A DNA stretch of 32,000 nt from Candidatus Heimdallarchaeota archaeon (GTDB lineage: Archaea; Asgardarchaeota; Heimdallarchaeia; Heimdallarchaeales; Heimdallarchaeaceae): the NCBI GenBank assembly GCA_030668875.1, contig DAOVER010000026.1, forward strand, positions 9,222-41,221. The letters are read 5' to 3'. Below the pieces are notes generated by a model. The model did not search any database, was not told the DNA's origin, and saw only the letters and a program-made list of their open reading frames with translations. A program made the translations under genes and the position numbers. Below, piece after piece: positions 1 through 12,100 of this stretch. How positions within the stretch are numbered: the stretch's first letter is position 1; each line of letters opens with the position of its first letter.

Positions 1-123
1 ATGTCTAATCATTTTTGCCGGTAAAATTTAACTTTAAATAGTTATAACAGTAATATGATTTATACTTGTGAGAACAGTCTCAATATTATTATATGTTAAT
101 AAGACATATGACAAGAAGACTAA

Positions 124-128
124 GAGGT
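124..128 (+). promoter_or_regulatory. Shine-Dalgarno-like motif for top6B
   Basis: GAGGT lies 7 nt upstream of the TTG start at 136. Confidence 0.55.
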
Positions 129-135
129 AAACACA

Positions 136-3100
136 TTGTCTGATGATAAAAGAGCAAAGAAAATGTCAGCAGCTGCATTCTTTAATGATAATAAAGCAAT
201 AGCTGGCTTTGGAAATTCAATGCGGGCAGTATTTACGAGTATCAGAGAACTTGTAGAAAATGGTTTGGATGCTGCAGAAATCAGGGGAGTCAACCCTGTT
301 ATTTCAATTTATTTACGCAAACTTTCTAGTAGAGAAATTAATGATTTGCTAGATGTAACCCAATATAAAAAGTTGGAAAAACATCTTGATTTTCTGCAAT
401 TAACCTGTAGAGATAATGGGGTTGGAGTTCCAAGCAATCAAATAGCGGATTTGTTTGGACGAGTATTAACAGGAACTAAATATGGTGTAATTCAGACTCG
501 TGGTCGATTTGGCCTCGGAGCAAAAATGTGTTTACTTCACTCTATGTCTTCAGTTGATTTACCAGCACGTATCAAGAGTCGTTACTTCATGGATGATATG
601 ACTCATGAACTTCATCTAATGATAGATCTTGAAAGAAATCAACCTATCGTCATGGAACAAAGAGAATATTTATCTGGAGACCCAAATGCGTTAGAAGAAC
701 CAGGTGTTGAGATTAGCATAACCTTTACTGGCGCTTGGAGATTAGCAAAGAATAGTGTTAAGGAGTACTTCAGACAATTAGCCATTATTACTCCTTATGC
801 AAGTTTTGACATAAAAGTTCCTGGAGATAAGGAAGGAGAATTTGAGGAATTACATTATGTGAATGTAGTAGATGATATGCCTCCTCCCCCCCAGCATATT
901 AAAATTCATCCTTGGGGATGTGATATCACTCAATTCAAAGCAGAATTGTCTTCCACTAAAACTAAAAAAATGAAGGCATTTCTTGCTGAACATTTTATGG
1001 GAGTAACGAATGAAATTGCTGAAGATTTCTTCCAGTTACTAGAAATAGACCCAAACAAATCACCTTCGAATATAACTTCGAAGGAAATACGAAGAATAGT
1101 ACATGAAGGTTTTATTAAAGCTTATCAAGAAGCTAAGGATGTTAAGAGGAAACGAGACAGAATATTCCAATTTGATCCACCACGAGGAGATGCCCTTTCT
1201 CCATTAGGTGCAGGGAGACTAAGGAAAGGTCTAGAGAAAGAATTGCAACCAAAATTTGTTGAAGCTGTTACAAGACCTCCTAAAGCTTACTCTGGTCATC
1301 CTTTTGCAATTGAAGCAACTATGGGTTATGGTGGGAGTGTAAATGAAGCTGCTCAAGCTAAAGGAGCTACCGTTAATGATAATAAGATAATTTACAGGTA
1401 TGCTAACAGAATACCACTGATTTTTGGAGCAGGAAATGATGTAATTACTCAAGTTGTTTCCTCTATCCGATGGAACGACTATGGTCTAACTAGACAGTCT
1501 GATCCTCTTGCAATTGCAGTTTCATTAGTTAGTACAAAAATACCTTTCCCTGAAACAAGTAAAGAGTATATTTCTAATGTTCCTGAAATTGAAGAAGAAA
1601 TAAGATTAGCTCTGATGCAACTAGGAAGGAGACTCAAAACCTTTTTGAGCAGAGCAAAACGAAGAAAAAGAGAACATGCAAGGTTATCCAGATTTGTTAA
1701 ATCAGCACCAGTTATAATTGAAAACCTTACCCAAATTCTTGAAGATGAGAACCTTAAATTCACCGATTTCCGACTAGAAACAGATCGAATTTCTGCATCT
1801 CTAGCTCATGGTTCTCCAAAGAAAGTTCGCTTGTATATGCCAATTGGAACGCGATTATTCGGAGCAAATGTTTGGTGTCCAAATAATATTCAAACAGCAT
1901 TAAAAAATAATAATATTGAGTCAGTTTCAGAATTTCTACTTAAAGATTCAAAAGAATTAGCTGCGTTCCTTCAAATGACAAAAGCTCAGATTTACGATAT
2001 AAAGTTAAGAACTATCTCTGAATTAGACAGAGACAACTTGAGTCCAAGTTTTGATACAAAGACCTTAGTGTCTCGTCTTGTTGAACGAAGGTTCTCCTCT
2101 GAAGGTGAAAGACGGTACATTTCCTTGAAAGATGCATTATACAGACGATGGATACAAAATGTTTACCACTATTTAGCAACAGATTTTGATAAACTTCGTG
2201 CTGTTTCAGGAATGCTAGAGAAGTTCTTCGAAACTAAGAAAGATGAATTACTTAATGATTACTTAGCTAAAGGAGCTAAGACAGGTAAAAACACTATATC
2301 AACTATAGACAAAGCTATTGCTACTTTCAATACTGTATCAGACTTAAAGAAAGAACAACTCTATCCTCCCTTTAAGTATTTAAAATCTGAGACTGACAAT
2401 GTTCTTGGAGAAGATTTGTCAATAGAAGAATTTCTTTACCAGACTGTACAACCCACATCTATTAACTATCATCCAGAAATAACTCGAACGCTTATTGAGT
2501 ATTTGAAAATTGTATTTACACAAATCACTAATAAATTCCCTGCATTTGCTGCAAGCAATATAACAAGAATGAAACCTGATTGGACAGATGGTTATACAAA
2601 AAATGCCTTCCATAGAAGAAAGATAAAAACAGTTAATGATTTTCTGAACCACTCTACAGATGATCTTATTGATATAAAAGAACTGGAAAGAATATTGTAT
2701 GAACAATACATAGAACTAATTGCTTCAAATTCAAAATCTGTTCCTTTGAAAGATTTCTCTTTTGTTGAAATTCAACAGTTAAAAGAGGATGAAACTCTTG
2801 TTATGAAAGATTTAGCTAAACACGGAATAAAGACTCTTGCTCAGTTCTTAAGCTGTACCTCTGAAAAAATATTACTAAAGAAGTTTAATACTTTAGGTAC
2901 TCTTTTACTGAAGGAATCAAAGTTCAAATTATCTGCAAATTTACATGATACTAACAGGATTGTTGATCAATCTCACATCAAAATTATTCCTGAAAATGTT
3001 GAAACAGAATTTGTAAGAAATCAAATATTTACAACTTCTTCTTTTTTGGCGAAATCTTCTGTAATATTAAAGAAAATGGGAATGAAGAAGAAAGATATTG

Positions 3101-6100
3101 AGAGAGCAAAGAAGGAACTTGGTACTCCTTTACAGAATTGGGTCGATCATGATGAAATTCTCAAGAAATGTGGTATAGTAATCTTAGAAGAATTATTCTT
3201 TAATGATTCATCCGAATATAATCTTACACCTGAAGAAAAGAAAAAGTATGATGAAAACATCATTTTCCTCCGTTCTCCACTGATTTTTGCTCTACCCGAA
3301 TTAAGAAGTTCCTCCCATCTTCTTACTGAAATTGGTATTAACAATATTGGACGTTTCCTAATATGGTCTAATTCTGAACTCTCAGATATCCTTTATCTAT
3401 CTGTCAATGAGATAAAAGCTCTGAAGAAGAAAATTGTTTATCAAAAACAAATTCAATCTAGGGATGAACTAGGGAAAGGCTTAACACTTCTTTCAAGGCA
3501 CTATCCTAATTTGGTGAAATATTTTGATAAAGAAGCACCATCGATTCAGGATTTATATTATGCTTATCAGTCAGAAAATTTCTCGTTTAATACAGGTTTT
3601 TGGAAAAAACTATACAAACTGAGTGAACTATCTCAACAAGAAGCTATTGATTTAGTTCATCTTTATCCTAAGAACTTCAAAGATATTGATACATTAAAAG
3701 AAGCACTCCTACGTTTGAAATCAAGGAATGTTGAAACTATACGTCAATTCATGGAATTGCAACCAGAGATAATTGAATCAAAATTGAGTGTCTCAAAGGA
3801 AAGGAAAGTTGCTAGAGCTCTCTATGATACGATCCGATCAAGAAGATTTGAAGGAGAACAAGAATTACACAAACAAATACTTCTTCTTAGTGAGTATGAT
3901 GAATTTCAAAGAAATTTTGGTTCTCCTATTTCTAGGATTCCTGAACTTGCTCTGGAAGAATTAGAGAAATTTCGAAGTCACGATATATTAGCTGTTCATC
4001 AGATATTCGATCATACAGTAGACGAAATAGCTACTGTGCTTGGTCGTGAAAAAGGATCAGTACAACAATTCATGAGCAGTTTTACCCTCTTACAGAAAGG
4101 AACACCATTCTTTGAAAAAGTAGATAGAAACAAATACAAATCACTAGTTTCATTTGAATTTGAGGATCTTGAACGTTTCTCTTCAATCGAGATTCAATCC
4201 CTTATTCAAGCTGGTTACGCTTCAGTTGACCAGATTTTTTATCTAACCCATCCACTTACTTTTTCCTCTTCCATTCTGAACTGGAATGTTGTAGACAAAT
4301 TTAGAAAATTATTACGATCACCTCTTACATTGGTTACATGGGAGAAAACAGTTAAGACAAAAACTTTTGATGAGACTGAGAATAAAGAAGTTGAAGTTGA
4401 GGACGTTCAAATTTCTACATTAACTACTTTACAATTAAATATTTTACAGAATCAAGGTATTTCAAGAATCATCGACCTTCTTGTAAGCAAACCAGAAACA
4501 CTTGCAGAAGCTCTTAGCATCAGTATGGAAGAAGCCAAGATACTCCAGAAAGATATCAGAATTAGTGACACTGGAACTGATTTAGCAGAATTGGACATCT
4601 TCAAATCAGAAATTGTTGATAAATTAGAGGAAAACAATGTTCTTACTCTTGAGGATTTATACTTCTCAACTTCGAAGAGCAAATGGAGAGTTAAAGAAGT
4701 TCCATGGGATATCATAGAATCATTCAAAAGTATTCTCAACCTTCCTCTTGCACATCTGTCAGATATGTTGGATGAAGATATTCTAACTGCTTTAGAGGAT
4801 GCTAATGTTAAAACTCTGTTAGGATTTATGCTTACAACTCCTGAAAGTTTAATGAATAAAACAGGTATACCTGATGAAAGATTTGAAACAATAAAACGCG
4901 GTATGGATATTTCTGACATATTCAGTTACTTCTCACTTCCAAGTTATTTCCTCCCAGGTTTAACCTTCCAGCAAACCGAGATTCTAAAAGAAAATGGTCT
5001 TAAATCAGTCGCAGAATTTATAATCAGCTCTCCACAGAAAATTAACAAATTAATCAAAGTGCCTGCTAAGCAATTCCGAGAAATCACTGCAGATTTAACC
5101 ACTCAAAGCCTACAAGCTCTGTATGATGAGAAAGGAATCTTTGCTTTTGAGACAAAGCTCTTCGATAAAATGGAACAACGACTATTGGGAAGGGATTCAA
5201 TATTTGAATTTGATAGGTTTCAAACCATCCAAGAAATGTATTATACACTGAATAGAGATTTCTATCAAAATAATCAAGACCTATGGGAAAAGGTCTCTGC
5301 AATCCAAAAAGTATTATCACTTCCTCTGCACATATTCACCGAAATCTCTGAATATGCTCTTGAAATTATGAGCCAAAATGGTATTAATTATGTTTATCAG
5401 CTACTCTTTATTCATGATTCAGATATAACTGATCCATTACTATTCAGAACTGTATCAACTTATTCTTCCAAAATAATCGAAATGAGAGCTTTTCATTACT
5501 TTTCCAAGCTTCCTGCTTTTGTTTATAATTCAAACTATTTCAAGAGAATATTGAAGGATACTGTTAACAAATCTCTCTCAGACGTTATTACTGATGAAAA
5601 GGTAATCAAAGATTTAGCTGCAAAAGATAAACAATATTTATACGAAAACTATAACTTAACTATCATTCGTTCAATTCTAGAACTACCACTTAGAATTACT
5701 CCTTACTTTACAAGAATAAAGAAAGTTAGAAGGGATGAATATAAAAATACGAAAATTGGTGATGTTTTCGATATTGATTTAGAAGAACATTCTGCTCTCT
5801 CCTCCTTTTACTCTAGATTATATGAAGAAAACTCTTTCAATAAATTAATCTCGCAATTAACTATCCCAATATCTTCAATGGGATTACCCCGTGAACTTGC
5901 CTTAAAACTAAGCAAATCATCCATAGGTACATTAATAGATTTTTATTCCACTCCTGAGAAACAAGTTTCTGAAATCACTGGTTTTTCACAGAAGAACATT
6001 CGAGAAATAAAAGATGGATTAACATATTCAAACATTGTTTCTTTCCGAGTATCACAAGCTCATAAAATAAAACCTTCTTCCTTTGTATCAGAAAAGCAGA

Positions 6101-9100
6101 TTTTCGACCTTATGGGGAAATCGATATCGGATATAGAATCTCTCTTTTACTCCGCAGAACATTTAGGAATCTCAAAATTACTCCCTCTTGAAAATTATAA
6201 GAAAATCAAGGAAATTCTATCTGGGTCTATAAGATTTGTAGGATTTCTCTCATTTGATGAAATAAGAAGGTTAGAGTATCATAATATTAATTCGATAATT
6301 GATTTTGCTCTACTCTCTAAAAAAGATCTCTTTACCATTACACAAAACCCCATTTACAAGGAGTTTCATGTTCTAGATTTGATTTCCTTTGATGAGTTAT
6401 CAGAGAAAAGGATTCAAGCTGCTATACCTCTCTCATTGTGCCCCTCGATAGAAGAAGATTACTTAGAGAAAATAAAAGAAATTGGAATAAACTCCATTCA
6501 AGATTTTATCTCAAGAATGACAGAAATTAGAGAATCTCATCCTCATCTAGTAAAATTAGATATCTTCCGAGAAGTACAAATGTATCTCTCTTCTGTAGCT
6601 TATATTGGACTTAATAATGAAAGTGTCCAGAAACTCATTTACTCAGGTGTTGGCGATATCTTATCTTTCATAACTGAAGACCCTTCAACTATATCTCTGA
6701 TTCTTGGAATAAGTGAAAAACAAGTTGATAAATATGTCAAACTTGCAGTTCCAAGTAATTTGGTTGAGAAAGTAGACAACAAAGGTGTTCTTCTTACAGA
6801 ATTTTCTGGATTATCTAGAGGAAGGAGAAATTCCTTACTAAAATCTGGAAAAGAAACAGTTCAAGATCTATTTAGTTCTCGTTATCAAGCTTATTCTCAA
6901 TCTAACATCTCTGATGCGTTGATGAGCGAATTTATTGAAAGCTGTAATATGTCGTTATACAGAATTGAAGAAATTGAACCAGGAATTAAGGCTAAGCTTT
7001 CAAAGAGTGGAATAACAAGAATTATTGATTTATTCTGCAGTACTGATGCAGGACTAAAGAAAGCTCTTGATGGTAAACTCCCCAAAGAGTTTAAGCAAAT
7101 TAGAAAAGGTCATTTCACCTTAACAAAAGGAATTCCGCTAAGTTTGAATGAACCCCTGCAAGATATTATTAGAGAACTTAATATCGAACCTTCCAACAAA
7201 AAGATTGAGGACATGTTTGGTTTTGTACCTGAATTTTTGCTTCAATTTACAGAATCTGAAAGAATTGAGAAGGATAAGAATTTAGCATTCCTAGAACAGA
7301 TAGTAAGTTTCTTGAGTCTTAATATTCTATCATTACCGTCATTTGATACCACCACTAAACTGATTCTTTGGAATCGTGGTATCCGCCATATAATAGAACT
7401 ATTATCCACGAATATGAACAAAATTGATGGTATCCCATATCAAGTAATCTCAGAGGTTCGATCTTACCAGAAAAATTTTAGTTTAAGTAGAAGCATGTCA
7501 GAGACATTTTCTCCATATATTGATGATGTACTCAATTTACCTGTTAAAAAGCAAATTAGATTCCAGAATTATGGTCTCACTAGTGCTTTATTACTAGTTG
7601 ATTTCATACCTCATCCCATATTCAGTTTCACTGCAAATGAGCAATCTATTCTCCGGATTATTTCAAATAACATGTTCAAACCAATAACCTGGTTATCTTC
7701 AGATGTATCATTTAAGATTGAAGACATAAACTTACTAATTCAAAATAGAGCTATAAACATCCTTTCAGCTCTGCTTCTATTATCTGATCAAGATGATACT
7801 AAAGCACTAGATACTTTATCTAATAAATACTATAAACCGATTTCTGCTTACCTCAATTCATCTGTCTTACAACTTAGTGCCCCTGAATGGGCTCTACAAT
7901 TATCTAATACAAAGATAATAACAGATGCTAATAGCCTAAAATTACTAAAGAAAGAGAACATTTCTTATCTTGATGAATTCCTGACATTAGAAAGCAAGTT
8001 TTTGAATAACCCTAATCTTATAACCGATGTTTTACCAAAACTACTTTCACTAAAAAGCCTCCCCATATCCTCCATCAGTGACCTATCACCCAGTAATATT
8101 CAAAAATTAAAACGTTCAAGAATAAACAATGTTTATGAGTTTCTTGTAGTTCCTGCTCCATTGCTTTCAAATCTTCTATCAATTTCTGTTGAGAATGTTA
8201 ACGCAACTAAATCTTCAATTGATCTTTCTTCATTAGAAAAAACAGCAAAACTTACTGGTTTGGACCTAGAACTCTTCCCAGAACTTTCCCAAGATTCTAG
8301 AATAATTCTTCAAAGAAGAGGTTGTGTGTCTCTGAATCAAGCATCGAAGATGGATCTAGATCTCATTCCACTTCTTTCAGAAGATAAGTTACTTTTACAA
8401 AACCTTATCGCTATGTTATTTACTCCCACCACATTAATTGGAAAAATACTTAAATTAACAAAGAATGAAATTGATGAATTACTAATTCGTGATGTATGTA
8501 CATATGTAGACCTCTTAGAGCTTCCTCAAAAAACTTGGCCTGCAAAAATAAGGAAAAGTTTGTCAGATAAGGATTCTGATCCAACATATCTAATTAAGAA
8601 CTTACAAAACCTTGAGAAATTCGGAGTGCCTATAGAAAAGCTAGATTTAGCAAAAAGTGTTACTAAAGCGCTAGTAGATGCAGGAATTGTAACAATTGAT
8701 CATCTATACTATCTACCCATAACCTATGTAAGTGCAAGGAGTAAAGTTAAACAACCCATTCTTGAAGAAATTAAGAAGAAATTATCCTACAATATAAATT
8801 TCCTTCAAGATATCTCACATACAACTTTAGCTGGTTGTTATTCGAAAGATTCTTTTACGATAATTAGTTGCTTGATTTACTGGAATAATTTATCTAAGGA
8901 AATAAGAACAGATTTGGAAGGTTCTCTAGACAGTATCAAACTAATTGAAGAAACAAGATTTATTGAACCACTGACTCCAACGGAAACAAAGCTAGAATCT
9001 ATTGGTATTCACTCGTTAAGATCATTCATTTTATCCCCACAGATTAAAAAAGAAACAGGTTTAGCAACCAAACTATTACCATCTCTATTAGCTAATATTC

Positions 9101-12100
9101 GTTTCCTAAGTCTAGATCCAAAGCAGATTTCTCGCTTGAAGAAAACTGGTTTTGTTACAGTGGCAGATTTGCTTCTAAATACTTCAAAAACAATATCTGT
9201 TAAATCCAAATTAGGTAAGAATGCAATTGATGAAATTCTCAATAACATAAAAATTGATAACTTAACCAGTTTGATTAAATCGATGGAACAAGAGCATTTA
9301 CATGATGCATTTTATCTGAGTACTAATGACAAAACATTCTTGAAATCAATAGGTGTTTATAGTTTAGCAGACTTAAACGAGTATACTGTTCTTGACTGGT
9401 TTGTTTCTAAACAAAAAATCCAAAAAATCAAAAAGAAAATTAACGCTTTGTTAGATACTAATATCCTTTACTATCCAGGAATTACATCTAAACAATATGC
9501 AGAAGTTGTTGAACAATACTTCATGAGGAATATATTTACGATCAAAGATCTAATGATATCAACAACAGTCGAGAAGACAAGTGATTTGATTGAATTTCTA
9601 ACCATTTTCTCTACTAACAAACCTAAAATCCAATCCCAATATGTGACCTCTCTTTCATTCTTAAAAGGCATTGAAACCAAGGATTTGTTCGAGAAAAATG
9701 TTAAATTAGAAAAATCTGCAACAATTAATGATCTTATAGTAGCATTATACAGAAATTCTGAGGAATTGACCAAAAAGGGCGATGATATTATCAAACAGAT
9801 TAACTACCCAATTTCTTTTTCATCAAAACTTAACCTCAATGAAGCAAATGATTTACGAAGCAAAAACATCCTTTCATATGGAGATGTACTTACCAAACCA
9901 GTAGGTTATTGGGGGACTTTTGCTTCAGCGAAACTAAAGAAGAAGATTCTTGAAATTCTTAGTACAATTACATCACAAAACATTGAAAATGAAGGTAAGA
10001 AGAGAGTTCAATTAAGTAGCATGAAAATATTCGATACAAACCTTAAGAAACAGCTTACATCAAATTATAAGACAATTGATGAAGTTATTCATGCAATAAA
10101 AACAGAAGATACTAAAATCTTAAAACCATTGGAAAGGAAAATCACTAAAGTTTTGTCTACTCCTATCTCTCTTCTCAAATTACCAAAAATCAAGATTAAA
10201 TCATGGAAAAGACTTATATCGACTGTATCTACTTTAGAAGAATTCTACTTATTAACAGATCAAGAATTAGTCAAAATTCTATCCTCAAGCAAGGAAGAAA
10301 TTGTTAAATTAAAGATCAATCTCGGGTCTGAAAATATCATCTTACCTCCAAGAATAAAGGAAAATAAGATCTTTACTAGTTCAGATGTTACAGAACTAAG
10401 TGCTAATGGGATTTCAAATTATGTACAGCTTTTTGAAGTGACAATAGAAATTTCTAAACTCAGCACTTCGTTAAAGGATAAAATTGCCTTCTACAAGGAG
10501 TTTGATGTTAAGCAATTGGACGAGAACATAGAAGAAACCATACTCCTGAAAGATTTTGTATTTCTTGACTTTTATGCAGATTCTCTGGCTCTAAGTAGAA
10601 TACAAAAGGAATCTGTAAAGAATCTTTCCTCCTTGCTCTTGTCTCGTGGAACTCATCTATCAAAGATATTTGATATAGATCTATTTGATATAGATCCCAA
10701 TAAAGACAAAAGTAATCTGCTCAATACAACTATAGAGTATTTCCTCTTGATCGAGAAATATCGACCTAAGGTTTACACAAAAATTGTTGAATCTTTACAA
10801 GAAAAATACTCTTCACAATTAAACACTTTGCTTTCTTATCTTAATAGGTCACCAATTCTCCTTTCAGGACCAAATCTGTCAAATATTAACAAAATAGTTA
10901 AACTTCCTTATGAAAATATAAAGGACTTGCTCTTACTATCCAAGGAGAAACTTATTCGAGAAATAAATGATGTTGCTGTTCAAAGAAATGTTAGAGGATT
11001 GACATTATCTGTTTTGAAAGATCTTGATTCCAAGCTGACTTATATTCCAAAAGAGTTTTTGACAGCTTACGAGATAAACCAATTAAAGAAAGAGAATATT
11101 TATTCCTTTGAAGAAGCTTTGGTTTTCAATAGAAAGTCAACTAGTAGAAAATCTAAGCCTTGGTTACTATCTGAAAAAGTAAGAAAAATATCCACTATTA
11201 ACACGCTCTCACTTTCTTCTTATCTCCCCTCATCTAAAATACAAGAAAGACTACTGAAACTTAAAATAACCAATGTGTATGAACTGGTTTATTATTGCCA
11301 GAATACAGAAAAAGAAGAAGACTTGAGTCTTTGCCAATCTGTTATTCAATCTGTAAGTTCTATTAATATTGAGGAAATTGAAACAAAAGAGAGAAGTAGA
11401 TTTACTAAATTCTTTAATGACCCCGATATTCTTTCTTATTTACGAAGTCAAGATATCAGAACTTTTGGACCTTTAGTACATTATTTAGAACAGTTAGAGG
11501 ATGAAGCTTTTACCCCTGAAATTGAGAAAATCTTATCCGTTATGCGTTTTCCAGTTTCTGTATTGTCAGATAATAAGAAACTTGTGCTAAAACTAGAAGG
11601 TGAAGGTTATAACCAAGTAGTTAATCTTCTTATTCCTGCAAAAATAATCAATAGTTTGAAAAGCAATATTACCGAGAATCAGAAGAAAGTTCTCACCTCT
11701 CTGATTAACATGCTTACTTATCAAGAAATATGTCGAATAATCACAAAAGATCATTATCCGATATCAAAACTTAGTTTAATCGATGATATTTTGTTAAAAG
11801 AGTTAGTAAAGGCTGGATATGCATCAGTAGCTCATCTCAAATCAGCTGAAACAATTATTGCTGATACTAGCAAACTAAATCTACAACAAATTTCTCGTAT
11901 TGTAAGACTCTTTGATTCGTCTATTTATTACATGTCTGAAATGCTTAAAGACTATCCACAAAGTGCTTTTACTTTGTACAATAAAGGAGTTAACACACTA
12001 TGGGATATTTTCCTAGTTGGAAGTAAGGAAATTTCCAAGATTACAGGTATTTCTGTTCGACAGATAACTTCCTATTTATCAACTCTCAATCCTCAAGCAA

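Noticed and set aside
1-120. TATA-box candidates (TTTAAATA 33-40 and others) and the near-palindrome TTTTGCCGGTAAAA
   Set aside because: There are several equally good AT-rich candidates in AT-rich DNA, so none can be assigned without TSS data.
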